Positions 1-10,114 of a DNA stretch of 64,000 bases are shown here, piece after piece (position 1 is the stretch's first letter; every line of letters starts with the position of its first letter). The notes under the pieces were generated by a model, which was not told where the DNA came from, did no database searches, and saw nothing but the letters and a program-made list of their open reading frames with translations. This stretch comes from Candidatus Melainabacteria bacterium 17Bon1m (GTDB taxonomy: Bacteria > Cyanobacteriota > Vampirovibrionia > Obscuribacterales > Obscuribacteraceae), in assembly GCA_032128875.1 (NCBI GenBank), contig JAVLKG010000004.1, positions 224,001-288,000 of the forward strand, read 5' to 3'. The position numbers and the translations under genes were made by a program.

Positions 1-926
1 GCCACTCGACCATAAATTAGTGGTCCTTTGGCACCAGGAACGCTTGGTGTTTTGTCTCGCTCGTCGGATACGGTATGTGTTTCTGCAATCTCTACAAAAC
101 GCTCTAAAGATGGAGGCTCCACGCTGCGGCTATTTTCTGTTTGTATAAATTCTGCAACTTCTGCCAGGTAAATCTTTCTGCTCGATGTAAGTTCCAGAAG
201 AGTACTTCGTCCATTGCTTTGAGACACTATTCCACGCACTTGCAAAGGCAGTGCATAGATGACCGCATATCCTTTTGAAGGAACGGTGATCTTGGAGGGC
301 CAGCCGGTTTGGTGGTCCCCACGCAGAAAGTCGTTGGTGATTCTGTCTCCCGGACCGGCGTAGACATTCCCATCGTTATTGTCAGAGATTGCAGGCAGTT
401 TTATAAATGGTGCGTCTGGTTGGCTCACATAACTCGCTGCATTCAAAATACGCACAGTTGCATCGTTATCTTCGGGATTGTAGGCAATCAAGCCGAGGTA
501 TAAAACGCGATCTTGTTTTGGATTGTTGTTGATGTGATGAGTGAAAATTCGAAAACGTCCTTTGAGCGGATAATCAAGATGCGCGTCAGGATATCTCTTG
601 CCTTCTTTTGGCAGAAGGGACAGCAGAACTCCGCTGGTTCTTACAACTTCTGGACTGTTGCTGTTAAACATGGGCACCGTCCCGAGTGAGCCAGGCAGCG
701 CGCGCACTTCAGTGTCCATAAGTACTTTGTTTTCTTTAACTTCTACTGCGCCGGCCATGTTAGCTCCTGAGCCGATACCGAGCACGGATGTGATTGCGAT
801 GAGTGAATACGATAGTAATGCTTTGAATATGCGCTTGCGCGTTGTCCCTCGCACAGCGGCGAGTAAGTTGGCTTCTCGCGTGCGAATTGATGAGACTTCT
901 TGCTTGATTGGCGTGACTTTTAGCAT
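1..926 (-). CDS. DUF3370-family exported protein, runs off the left window edge
   Basis: Manual minus-strand translation from ATG at 926 (absent from the ORF track because no stop is in the window): hydrophobic segment then EVRALPGSLGTVPMFNSNSPEVVRTSGVLLS...AHLDYPLKGRFRIFTHH, resembling the cyanobacterial DUF3370 N-terminus. Start uncertain. Confidence 0.7.
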   Translation of the reverse strand, partial: MLKVTPIKQEVSSIRTREANLLAAVRGTTRKRIFKALLSYSLIAITSVLGIGSGANMAGAVEVKENKVLMDTEVRALPGSLGTVPMFNSNSPEVVRTSGVLLSLLPKEGKRYPDAHLDYPLKGRFRIFTHHINNNPKQDRVLYLGLIAYNPEDNDATVRILNAASYVSQPDAPFIKLPAISDNNDGNVYAGPGDRITNDFLRGDHQTGWPSKITVPSKGYAVIYALPLQVRGIVSQSNGRSTLLELTSSRKIYLAEVAEFIQTENSRSVEPPSLERFVEIAETHTVSDERDKTPSVPGAKGPLIYGRV

Positions 927-950
927 CTACCTTATGTTATCTTGGCTCTT

Positions 951-1703
951 ATGTCTGATCTAGTACTAGAAGTAAAAAATCTACGCAAAGAATACGGCAA
1001 GAAAGTTGCTGTAGAAGATGTCTCCTTTGTTGCAAACCGCGCAGAAGTTGTCGGCCTATTAGGACCGAACGGCGCGGGTAAAACCACGGCAATCCAAATT
1101 CTGCTCGGGTTGGTTACGCCTACATCCGGCACAGTCAATATCTTCGGCATGGCCATACAGAAAGAGCGCGTGAAAATTTTGCAGCGCTGCAATTTTTCGT
1201 CTGCCTACATTTGGCTGCCGGATAATTTGAAAGTTCGTGAGAATCTCAATGTATTTGCGTCTCTTTATCAGGTAAAAAACCCTAAGAAGAAAATTGACGA
1301 ATTGCTGCAGATGTTCGAAATCTCGCATTTAGCTAATACTCTTACAGGCAAGCTCTCATCGGGTGAATCTACAAGGCTCAATCTGTGCAAGTCTTTGCTC
1401 AACGATCCTGAGATGCTCATGCTGGACGAGCCGACTGCAAGTCTTGATCCTGACATTGCCGACAAGGTTCGCAAGCTTATTGTCAAAATTCAAAAAGAGA
1501 AGAACATGACCGTTCTCTACACTTCGCACAACATGAAAGACGTGCAGGAAATGTGCAATCGAGTTGTTTTTATGCAGCTTGGCAAAGTGCGAGCAGAGGG
1601 TACACCGAATCAAATTTTGGAGCAGTTTAATCAGAAGTCTTTGGAGGATGTTTTCATCAGCATTGCGCGTGGCGGCGATATAGTGGAGAAAGAGGAAGAA
1701 TGA
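951..1703 (+). CDS. ABC-2 type transporter ATP-binding protein
   Basis: Walker A GPNGAGKTT, signature LSSGE, Walker B MLMLDEPT, H-loop TSH. Confidence 0.95.
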   Translation: MSDLVLEVKNLRKEYGKKVAVEDVSFVANRAEVVGLLGPNGAGKTTAIQILLGLVTPTSGTVNIFGMAIQKERVKILQRCNFSSAYIWLPDNLKVRENLNVFASLYQVKNPKKKIDELLQMFEISHLANTLTGKLSSGESTRLNLCKSLLNDPEMLMLDEPTASLDPDIADKVRKLIVKIQKEKNMTVLYTSHNMKDVQEMCNRVVFMQLGKVRAEGTPNQILEQFNQKSLEDVFISIARGGDIVEKEEE

Positions 1704-2491
1704 GCATCGCCAGAATCAAAGGACTTCTCCTTCGCTATTACTATTGTTATTCCAGAAGCACATTTAGAATTCTGGACATTGTATTTTGGCCCGTGATGGA
1801 TCTGCTTGTCTGGGGCTTCCTGACGATGTACATGCTCAAGGTGAATGGCTCGGTGCCGGGCGTTTTTACGTTCCTTATCGGTTCGGTGATCATGTGGAAT
1901 GTACTCTATCGCGCGCAACAAGCTGTTAGCGTGTCTTTCCTTGAAGATGTTTGGTCACGCAACTTTATCAATATCTTTGTTGCACCGGTCAGAACATTCG
2001 AGTTTGTCGCCGCAACTTGCATATCTGGGCTTTTGCAGTCTGTCTGCGTTTCGCTGATCATGATCCCGCTGGCATACTGGTTTTATCAATACAATTTCGG
2101 CATGCTCGGATATTGCATGATTCCATTTTTTATCAATCTGCTATTGATGGGCTGGACCATCGGGTTAGTAACAACGGCTGTGATCATTCGATGGGGACAT
2201 CAGGCAGAAGCGCTTGCTTGGGCAATTCCCTTTCTCATCCAGCCGATTTGTTGCGTTTTTTACCCAGTTGATGTGCTTCCGGCATGGCTGCGTGCGATTT
2301 CACTGTGTGTGCCTGCCACATACGTGTTTGAAGGAATGCGAACAGTTCTCAAAGGCGGCAGCTTTGCCGCCAAAGACCTGGCGATGAGTGTTGTCCTTAA
2401 TATCGTCTATGCCTTGCTCGCCGCGTTTCTCTTTGAATATTTATTCAATGAAGCAAGGAAGAACGGCAAGCTCACCAAGATGAATACTTAG
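1700..2491 (+). CDS. ABC-2 type transporter permease
   Basis: About 6 hydrophobic segments, VFYPV..LP motif, ATGA overlap with the ATPase gene. Confidence 0.92.
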   Translation: MSIARIKGLLLRYYYCYSRSTFRILDIVFWPVMDLLVWGFLTMYMLKVNGSVPGVFTFLIGSVIMWNVLYRAQQAVSVSFLEDVWSRNFINIFVAPVRTFEFVAATCISGLLQSVCVSLIMIPLAYWFYQYNFGMLGYCMIPFFINLLLMGWTIGLVTTAVIIRWGHQAEALAWAIPFLIQPICCVFYPVDVLPAWLRAISLCVPATYVFEGMRTVLKGGSFAAKDLAMSVVLNIVYALLAAFLFEYLFNEARKNGKLTKMNT

Positions 2492-2496
2492 CAAAC

Positions 2497-3792
2497 CTAC
2501 TTCTTGAGTATGTCGTTGAGCTCTTTGGTGAAGCTCTCCTTCAAATCAGGTGAAAAGCCGATGTGTACTTCCGCTACGTTGCCATCTTTTCCGACGATAA
2601 CTGTTTGCGGAATGCCGCGCACTTGATACATCTCAGCGACCTTTCCTTCGCTGTCGAGTCCGACGGAAACCTTCAAATTCTTCTTTTCGAGGAATTCTTT
2701 GATTTGAGCTGGTGTCTCTTGAATGTTGACTGCGAGGAAAACAACATCTTTGTCCTTGAGTGAGCTGGTCACTTCAGTAATGATCGGCAATGCCATTGTG
2801 CATGGACCGCACCATGTCGCCCAGAAATCTAGTACCACCACCTTGCCTTTCTGTGCAGCAAGATTGAACTTAGCGCCGTCTACTGTTTCTAGGTCAAAGG
2901 AAGGAGCCGGTTTGTTGACCAGTGGGTGGACAGCCGGCTGCGCCGATTTCTCTTCCAAGAAGCTTTTCACTTCCTGTGCGCCTTCTGGTTTTGCAAACGT
3001 CAGAAGCTGCGCAGTTGGTTCTACATTTGCTTGTGAATCGGTGTAGCTGCAAGTGAGAACGGCAGTTACGCCCTCAGGAGCGCCAGGCTTGTTAGCCAAA
3101 ATTTTGGACATGTCGGCAGTGACTTTTTGAATCCAAGGCTCTTTGCCCTGGCGAACCCACATGTCCCAGGTGAAATCTTTTTGCGTAAAACGCATGTGGT
3201 CGCAATCGTTGTCGCCGACCTTCTCTACGCCGATATGTTCGACCTTGAGCACATCAGCCATGATCTGTTTGTAGGGATCGGGAGTACACATAGACTCGAT
3301 CAAAGACATGCTGCTGAAGCCGCCTCCCACGATTTGATAATCAATCGTGTCGAATATTTGGCTGAGATTCTCCGGCGCCGGCATGCTCATGTATTTGTTG
3401 AGCACGGGGGTGTAGAGATAAGCGGTTTTGCCGTCGCAGATCATTTGACCGCCCATTTTGCCGCTTTCAAGTTTGAGGTAAAACTTGTTGGGGCGGCCGA
3501 AGGACACCTTGAATACCGAAGTCATCGCGGTTTGCTTATCTGCTGCGGATATTTTCATCTCTGTTGACATGGTTTGGGTGAAACCCTTCATGTCTTTGTA
3601 AAACGTGCCAACGCCTTTCATTATCTGGCTCGACTTTGCATCTATCTGTGTCGCTGGAGCTGCCGAAGGTGCAGAATCCTTGGCTGGAGCCGCAGCATAA
3701 GCTGGGCTTGTCAGGACGCCTGCTGGCGCTGAGGCGGCTAGAAGGCAGACCAGAGCACCGTTAAGGAGATTTTTGGATTTGGCAGTATTCAT
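2497..3792 (-). CDS. Exported DUF2092/LolA-like domain fused to a TlpA-type thioredoxin (redoxin)
   Basis: Signal peptide; C-terminal LDFWATWCGPC and GIPQT motifs; N-terminal beta-rich LolA-like region. Confidence 0.85.
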   Translation of the reverse strand: MNTAKSKNLLNGALVCLLAASAPAGVLTSPAYAAAPAKDSAPSAAPATQIDAKSSQIMKGVGTFYKDMKGFTQTMSTEMKISAADKQTAMTSVFKVSFGRPNKFYLKLESGKMGGQMICDGKTAYLYTPVLNKYMSMPAPENLSQIFDTIDYQIVGGGFSSMSLIESMCTPDPYKQIMADVLKVEHIGVEKVGDNDCDHMRFTQKDFTWDMWVRQGKEPWIQKVTADMSKILANKPGAPEGVTAVLTCSYTDSQANVEPTAQLLTFAKPEGAQEVKSFLEEKSAQPAVHPLVNKPAPSFDLETVDGAKFNLAAQKGKVVVLDFWATWCGPCTMALPIITEVTSSLKDKDVVFLAVNIQETPAQIKEFLEKKNLKVSVGLDSEGKVAEMYQVRGIPQTVIVGKDGNVAEVHIGFSPDLKESFTKELNDILKK

Positions 3793-3871
3793 TTAAAAGA
3801 CCGGGTCAGGGAAGGCAAAGGCCACATAGAATGGCAATTGTAATAGATCCTTCGCGCCTCGTCCTGTTTTG

Positions 3872-6800
3872 CTATTTACCGCGTGACTCTTTATCAGTAC
3901 TGAGTTTTTGTATTGCTTCCGTCTCTAGCTTCTGGTCTGACTTCTCTACTGGAGCGGCTTTCTGGGTTTCTTTCTTGAGCGGATCTAACGCCTCGATTTC
4001 ACCTCTCATGCGAGCGAAATTGGTGCGTTTCTTGTCCTCTTCGGTAATCCAATAAATGATGCGCTTCGCCACGTCATTAGGGTTCTTTTCCAGCGAGCTA
4101 CGCGCCCATGAATATGCGGCAGTCAAATCGCCAAACTTCGTTGCTTCAATAGCGACTCTTGCCATGATTGCTGCGATCTTGTCCTTGGGCAAGTTTCCCC
4201 AGTCCGTATAGCCGGACGGTGTCCCCATGTTTTCCGACAACATGACGCCATTTGAATGTGCAAATGTCATCGATTCATAAGTGCGTCCGATTCTATATTC
4301 CAGAATGTTCAAATCATCGGTATTTGGCTTCGCTTCCTTTGCACAGTAGGTGATGCCGCTGGGTGTCATGGCCATGCGTGAAAGTACCGCTTCCGGTGAG
4401 GTTATCTGTGCTTTGTCGAGCGCGCGAACTATGTAGGGGTTTTCGAATACTTCTTGCAACGCCTTATAGTCTGCGCGAATTGGAGTTTGACTGGCCAAAA
4501 CAACAAGATTGGTCGAATCGGAACATAAGGCCAAGCAGTAGTCAAAATTTCGATCGAGCGCAGCCAGGACAGACTTCACCGAATCCGGTGAAACTTCTGC
4601 TAATTGAAGCCAGAGGCTGAGCACCCCATCTGGTGTCAGTCTGTCTTTGACAGTTTTGAAGTACTCCTGTGTGAAAAGGTTGCAGACACCGACTTGCCAT
4701 GGATTTGACGGTTCGGATACGATGATGTCGTATTTCTGAGTGGTCGCAAGCAAGAAGTTGCGGCCATCGTTGATTTCCACTTTTACGCGGGGATTTTTTT
4801 CCGGCTCATTTGTATATTTATTGAAGACTTTTGCCGCCTCAATTACCGCAGGTTCTAACTCAACGGCGGTCACGCTGGTGATTGGGAAGTTCAAAAGCTC
4901 GCTAATAGTAACGCCCGAGCCCCAGCCAATTACACAAGCTCTGCGCGCATTCGGGCGGAATAGCATAGGATAGCTAGCAAGCAAGACTTGTTGCGACATA
5001 TCTGCTCCGTCGCTGGCATCCACACAACCATTGGTCAAAAGAGAGTAATTACCAATCTTGTCACCGTCTGCAAACCTGAGAACTGCAACGTTAGAACAAG
5101 GACCATCTTTGTAGAAGACGAGTTTTGTCCGATCTATGGAAGATCTCCAAGGACTGTCTTTTTTGAAAACGTCATAGCCGTCTCTCATCGCTCTGCGCGC
5201 GGATTGTGCAACGAGGAGCTGTTTTCTATCCTCAGCCGAATTTGGATTGGCTATGAAACCAATAAAGACCAATGCGCCGAAGATAACATAGGTCATCTTA
5301 TGAGAAAGTTTTGCATCGCTCTGGGCGAAAACCATGATGGTCCCCACAACCATGTTTACGCCGGTGGCGATTAGCAGCGTCTTTTCTACCCCAAATTGTG
5401 GTATCAGAACAAAACCCGCGACAACCGAGCCAATGATCGCGCCCATAGTGTTGGCACTGTATACGGTGCCTACCGAGCTGGCAATGTGCTTAATATCGGA
5501 TGTGGTGCATTTGATTACGATTGGAAACAGCGCACCGAGAAAGAGCGTGAGAGGCAGCAAAATTGCCTCTGCCAGGAGAAAACGAATCCACACTGAAAAT
5601 GCGGCATTGGGGAAAAGCGCATTGAGTTGCAGGTTCCACATTGGCAATTGTCTACATAAAAAAATAGATACGATGCAGCCAATGCCTACATATATTTGAA
5701 TCGCACCGAAAGCCAGAAATGGTTGCTTGAATTTGTCGACAACTTTCGCGCAGAAAATACTGCCCAAGAAGATTCCTGAAAGGAAGGTCGAGAGCATGAC
5801 TGTGAATGCATATGTGCTGCCACCAATAACCAGTGACAGCGTGCGTGTCCAGCAGACTTCGTAGATCATGGCGGCGGCGCCGGAGATGGCTATTGCAGCC
5901 AGGGCTAAATACACCTGACTTGGCACCTTGGCAGCAACTGCAACGGGTGGAGTTTCTACTTTCTGTTCACTTTGCTCGGCAACGCTAGCTGCTACTGTCT
6001 GCGTTTTTTCTGTTGCTTCATCTCGAATCGTTTCGGGCTGCAATTCTGCCGCAGAGGATGCAGTAGAAGCTGCCGCTGCTATCTTGTGTTTCCCTTTCTT
6101 CTTTTTCTTCTTTGATTTTGATGTTTCGGCACTAGAAGCTTCTGAGTCAGTTTTTCGTTCTTCAAAAGCTTCGGAGCTCCGGGAATTGTCAGCGGCTTTG
6201 GCTTGCTCCTTTTTTGCCTTCTCTTTTGCATTTTCGAGTGCTGTTTTTTGCAGTTTGTTTCTCTCTCGGCGCTCGATGTTCAATGAGACAAATAAAACTA
6301 TGAGGCATAAAACAAAGTTGACGCCTGCGGCAATTAGTGTCGTGTTGGATAGACCAATTCCGGGAAGAAGTATCAGACCTGATTGGGCTGCACCACATAC
6401 GGCGCCTAAAGTATTTACGGCATAGACTGTGCCCACTCTGTCACCAACTGTCGCTAGACTGTCGGTTACGAACTTGGATAGCAGCGGCAAAGTGGCGCCC
6501 ATCAAGGTCGTTGGCAGGAGTAGGATAACCGCTGCCAGAGCCAATCTTAACAAGCTGAAGGAAAAGAAGTCGAAATGGGTTAATTCCCAGATGACTCTAT
6601 AACTTGATATTGATATGTCTAGAAGAAATGGAACGGCAAGTGCCCAGGCACCGATGATTCCTTCTAATATGCCGTACCAGAGAAACGGGCGCTCAACCTT
6701 GTCGGCGACACGTCCGGCAAAATAGCTGCCCAGCGCCAGCCCGCCCATGAAAACAGCAAGCACCGTCGACGTTGCCAGTGTTGTAGAGCCGAAAATGAGC

Positions 6801-6922
6801 ACCAAGTGTCTGGTCCAAACAACCTGATAAATGAGGCTGCTGAACCCAGATGCAAAGAAGAGCGCAAGGACGAGCAAGAACATTTCTCTATGAAATGACT
6901 TGGACTCGCTCAGTGCGCTCAT
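3872..6922 (-). CDS. Fused MFS-like membrane domain / spermidine synthase-like protein
   Basis: Repeated SG..LIY.VVW.R.L...GS membrane halves; C-terminal IGWGSG, VELEP, DGRNF and DIIVSEPSNPW motifs. Confidence 0.9.
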   Translation of the reverse strand: MSALSESKSFHREMFLLVLALFFASGFSSLIYQVVWTRHLVLIFGSTTLATSTVLAVFMGGLALGSYFAGRVADKVERPFLWYGILEGIIGAWALAVPFLLDISISSYRVIWELTHFDFFSFSLLRLALAAVILLLPTTLMGATLPLLSKFVTDSLATVGDRVGTVYAVNTLGAVCGAAQSGLILLPGIGLSNTTLIAAGVNFVLCLIVLFVSLNIERRERNKLQKTALENAKEKAKKEQAKAADNSRSSEAFEERKTDSEASSAETSKSKKKKKKGKHKIAAAASTASSAAELQPETIRDEATEKTQTVAASVAEQSEQKVETPPVAVAAKVPSQVYLALAAIAISGAAAMIYEVCWTRTLSLVIGGSTYAFTVMLSTFLSGIFLGSIFCAKVVDKFKQPFLAFGAIQIYVGIGCIVSIFLCRQLPMWNLQLNALFPNAAFSVWIRFLLAEAILLPLTLFLGALFPIVIKCTTSDIKHIASSVGTVYSANTMGAIIGSVVAGFVLIPQFGVEKTLLIATGVNMVVGTIMVFAQSDAKLSHKMTYVIFGALVFIGFIANPNSAEDRKQLLVAQSARRAMRDGYDVFKKDSPWRSSIDRTKLVFYKDGPCSNVAVLRFADGDKIGNYSLLTNGCVDASDGADMSQQVLLASYPMLFRPNARRACVIGWGSGVTISELLNFPITSVTAVELEPAVIEAAKVFNKYTNEPEKNPRVKVEINDGRNFLLATTQKYDIIVSEPSNPWQVGVCNLFTQEYFKTVKDRLTPDGVLSLWLQLAEVSPDSVKSVLAALDRNFDYCLALCSDSTNLVVLASQTPIRADYKALQEVFENPYIVRALDKAQITSPEAVLSRMAMTPSGITYCAKEAKPNTDDLNILEYRIGRTYESMTFAHSNGVMLSENMGTPSGYTDWGNLPKDKIAAIMARVAIEATKFGDLTAAYSWARSSLEKNPNDVAKRIIYWITEEDKKRTNFARMRGEIEALDPLKKETQKAAPVEKSDQKLETEAIQKLSTDKESRGK

Positions 6923-6940
6923 CCCGTAATTGTAACTTGA

Positions 6941-8878
6941 TTAGTTGGCGATATCCGCATCGATAATGTCGTCGTCGCCTTTGCCGCCAGCTTTGCTGGA
7001 GGACGATGACGAGCTGCTGGCATCTCCCGATGCAGCTTCCGACTCGGTTCCGCCGCCGCCTGCTCTGGCGCCTGCGGGCTGTCTTTGTGCGTCTTGTGAA
7101 ATCAAGACGAGCACGCCGCGCAGCTCTTCTAGCAACGGCTTAAGCGTGTCCGCATCGGCGCGTTGTTCGATCTTCAGGCGAATGTCGGCAATCAAGCTTT
7201 CTGCCTTGTTACGGTTGCCGCTGGTGAGAGCGTCACCGGCTTCAGTCATCTGGCGCTCCACCGTGTAGCAGAGATTGTCTGCTTCGTTTCTAGCATCAGC
7301 ACTTGCTTTTGCTTTCAAGTCTTCGGCGGCGTGACCTTCTGCATCTTTGACGAGTTTTTCGATGTCATCTTTGCTCAGGTTGGTTGAAGCCGTAATTGTG
7401 ATCTTCTGCTCTTTGCCAGTGTCTTGGTCTTTTGCTGTTACCGAAACGATGCCGTTGGCGTCGATGTCGAAAGATACTTCGATTTTCGGCATTGCGCGAG
7501 GGGCTGGTCTGATGCCATCCAGGCGGAATGTGCCGAGCATTTTGTTGTCTTTGGCCATCGGACGCTCGCCCTGGAAGATTTGAATATCCACGGCGGGCTG
7601 ATTGTCTTCTGCTGTCGAGAATACTTGCGACTTGTGGGTGGGGATGGTCGTGTTGCGCTCAACCAATTTGGTCAAGACACCGCCCATGGTTTCAATACCA
7701 AGGGAGAGTGGGGTGACGTCGAGCAGCACTACGTCACGAACTTCGCCGCCCAGTACTCCTGCTTGAATAGCGGCGCCGATTGCGACGACTTCGTCAGGGT
7801 TAACCGTTTGGTTTGGCTCTTTGCCGCCGGTCAAGCTCTTCACCAGATCTTGAACTGCAGGAATACGAGTCGAACCACCTACGAGGACAACTTCTTTCAA
7901 GTCTGAAGCTTTGAGACCGGCATCTTCCAGTGCTTGCTCAACCGGCTTGCGGCACTTCTCTACGAGGTGTCTGGTCAATTCATTGAACTTGGAGCGGGTC
8001 AAACGCATATCCAAGTGTTTGGGACCTGTCTCGTTTGCGGTGACGAAAGGCAAGGAGATTGAGCCTTCGGTTACCGAAGACAATTCGATTTTTGCTTTTT
8101 CGGCTGCTTCAGTAAGACGCTGCAAAGCTTGAGGATCTTTTCTCAAGTCGATGCCTTCGGTGCGCTGAAATTCTTCTGCCAACCAGTTAACGAGCACATG
8201 GTCGAAGTCGTCGCCGCCCAGGTGTGTGTCGCCTGCTGTGGATTGCACTTCGAAAACGCCGTCACCTACTTCGAGAATCGAGACGTCGAAAGTACCGCCG
8301 CCCAAGTCGAATACAAGGATGGTTTCGTTTTGCTTCTTATCAATACCGTATGCAAGGGCTGCAGCCGTAGGCTCGTTGATAATGCGCTGAACGTCCAGAC
8401 CGGCAATCAGACCAGCGTTCTTTGTTGACTGTCTTTGTGAGTCATTGAAGTATGCCGGAACAGTGATAACCGCTGACGTTACCTTTTCGCCCAGATATTT
8501 TTCTGCGTCTTCTTTGAGTTTGCGCAGGATTATTGAAGAGATTTCTTCAGGGGTGTAGTCCTTGTCGCCCATGACTACCTTGCAGCCACCGTCCGGGCCT
8601 TCCTTAACTTTGTAAGAGACCATTTTGCGCTCTTGTTCAACTTCGTTGAAACGGCGACCAACAAAGCGCTTGATGGAATAAACGGTGTTTTGCGGATTGA
8701 CAACTGCCTGTCTGCGAGCAAGTTGACCAACCAGGCGCTCACCTGTTTTTGACTGGGCGACCACCGATGGGGTCGTTCTCAGACCTTCCGTATTGGCAAT
8801 CACAGTAGGCTTACCGCCTTCCATCACCGCGACGACCGAGTTTGTTGTGCCGAGATCGATTCCTACAGCCTTACCCAT
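6941..8878 (-). CDS. dnaK: Molecular chaperone DnaK (Hsp70)
   Basis: [19 protein letters not shown] and VGGSTRIP motifs; ATG at 8878 with GGGAG RBS. Confidence 0.98.
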   Translation of the reverse strand: MGKAVGIDLGTTNSVVAVMEGGKPTVIANTEGLRTTPSVVAQSKTGERLVGQLARRQAVVNPQNTVYSIKRFVGRRFNEVEQERKMVSYKVKEGPDGGCKVVMGDKDYTPEEISSIILRKLKEDAEKYLGEKVTSAVITVPAYFNDSQRQSTKNAGLIAGLDVQRIINEPTAAALAYGIDKKQNETILVFDLGGGTFDVSILEVGDGVFEVQSTAGDTHLGGDDFDHVLVNWLAEEFQRTEGIDLRKDPQALQRLTEAAEKAKIELSSVTEGSISLPFVTANETGPKHLDMRLTRSKFNELTRHLVEKCRKPVEQALEDAGLKASDLKEVVLVGGSTRIPAVQDLVKSLTGGKEPNQTVNPDEVVAIGAAIQAGVLGGEVRDVVLLDVTPLSLGIETMGGVLTKLVERNTTIPTHKSQVFSTAEDNQPAVDIQIFQGERPMAKDNKMLGTFRLDGIRPAPRAMPKIEVSFDIDANGIVSVTAKDQDTGKEQKITITASTNLSKDDIEKLVKDAEGHAAEDLKAKASADARNEADNLCYTVERQMTEAGDALTSGNRNKAESLIADIRLKIEQRADADTLKPLLEELRGVLVLISQDAQRQPAGARAGGGGTESEAASGDASSSSSSSSKAGGKGDDDIIDADIAN

Positions 8879-9086
8879 AGTTGACTCCCTTGGACGAGAC
8901 GTTACTTCCACTGTGATACACCAGTCGCAAGCTCATTATCAGTAATGCAAGCTTTTATTTAGTAAGCTGGAAATCATAGATAAAGGTGATCCTTAAATAA
9001 GCAGTTTTAAAGCGCACGGCTGCGTCATTGAAATTGCAGGTCGAACCGGCTCTGGTCCGGATTTAAGAACCTCTGCGATATAAAAG

Positions 9087-10073
9087 CTACATTTCGACGG
9101 GCGCTTGGCCTTTCATAACTTCAAGAGTAGTTGACAGCCCATAGCCGAAAAGCACTTTGTCGGTTGTCATTTCTGATGGCAGTATGGAAATTTCTACAGT
9201 ACTGTCCGGTTCCTTATCCATGACTTCGTCAAAAATGGCACCTTTGTCCGAAAATTTCTGTTCGTCCACATGGAAAGTGCCAAAGACTTCGCCCTCATGA
9301 AGGAAAGCCAGGCACATCTCCTTTGTCGATGTTGCTGTGAGTATTGCCGTGTCGTTCTTAAGAGATTTAACCAGCGCATCGAGGTTCTTACTGTCCGCGT
9401 AGTCCTTCTCTAAGACAGGCACGCCAAGGAACATTGCCGACATAGACAAAATGATTTCGTCCGGAAGGTCATAGACTGTCAGCTTTGTCTCGGGCAGAAA
9501 GCTGTCAAGTAAAAGCATTTGAATGGCAGACTCGATCGGATATGGCTCAACCATCGGCTTTTTACCGTAGATGCATCCGACTGCTCTGCCACGGTAAAGT
9601 AAAAGAGCTCCCCGCGAAAGGCGTTCGTCGCAAATCATTTTGACGCAACCGGTTAGTTGTCCTTCCTCTAGGTCGGTAATTAATTTGCCGATATCGTAGT
9701 CGCCGGAGCGCAAGGGAGAAACCGACGAAGAGCTGAGCGGCGGCATGACAATGTCGATTGCTCTTCGCAACTTGTAAGTGCGAGGGTGTGAATCCGCCCA
9801 AACAGCAAAGGCAGTCTCCGGCTCGCTCGGCAGCCCCATCTGGACTCGCTCGGTCGTGCCGATGCGGAATGCAAACGTCATCAACGCTTGGTCTTTACTC
9901 ATACAAACAAAAGTAGCCGGCACGACTTGCCCTTCATTTAATTCTTCTTGGCATGGAAGAAACCCATCGATGCCGCTTGGAACGAGTTTGACCGTGTATC
10001 CGCCTGGCTCGGGTGTGCAGACACGACATTTGACGCTGCTACCTGCTCTCAGTACTGGGTTTTCTTCTTCCAT
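9087..10073 (-). CDS. Hypothetical protein, S1/OB-like N-terminus plus DUF4388-like domain
   Basis: LEEGQLTGCVKM...RGALLLYRGRAVGC resembles DUF4388/PATAN-type domains; start placed at MEEEN to avoid overlap. Confidence 0.6.
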   Translation of the reverse strand: MEEENPVLRAGSSVKCRVCTPEPGGYTVKLVPSGIDGFLPCQEELNEGQVVPATFVCMSKDQALMTFAFRIGTTERVQMGLPSEPETAFAVWADSHPRTYKLRRAIDIVMPPLSSSSVSPLRSGDYDIGKLITDLEEGQLTGCVKMICDERLSRGALLLYRGRAVGCIYGKKPMVEPYPIESAIQMLLLDSFLPETKLTVYDLPDEIILSMSAMFLGVPVLEKDYADSKNLDALVKSLKNDTAILTATSTKEMCLAFLHEGEVFGTFHVDEQKFSDKGAIFDEVMDKEPDSTVEISILPSEMTTDKVLFGYGLSTTLEVMKGQAPVEM

Positions 10074-10114
10074 TTTTGCCGGCCGTCCTTGTATCTCTCT
10101 TGATCTTTGCAAGC

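Noticed and set aside
8879-9086. CIRCE element upstream of dnaK
   Set aside because: TTAGCACTC-N9-GAGTGCTAA is not present.
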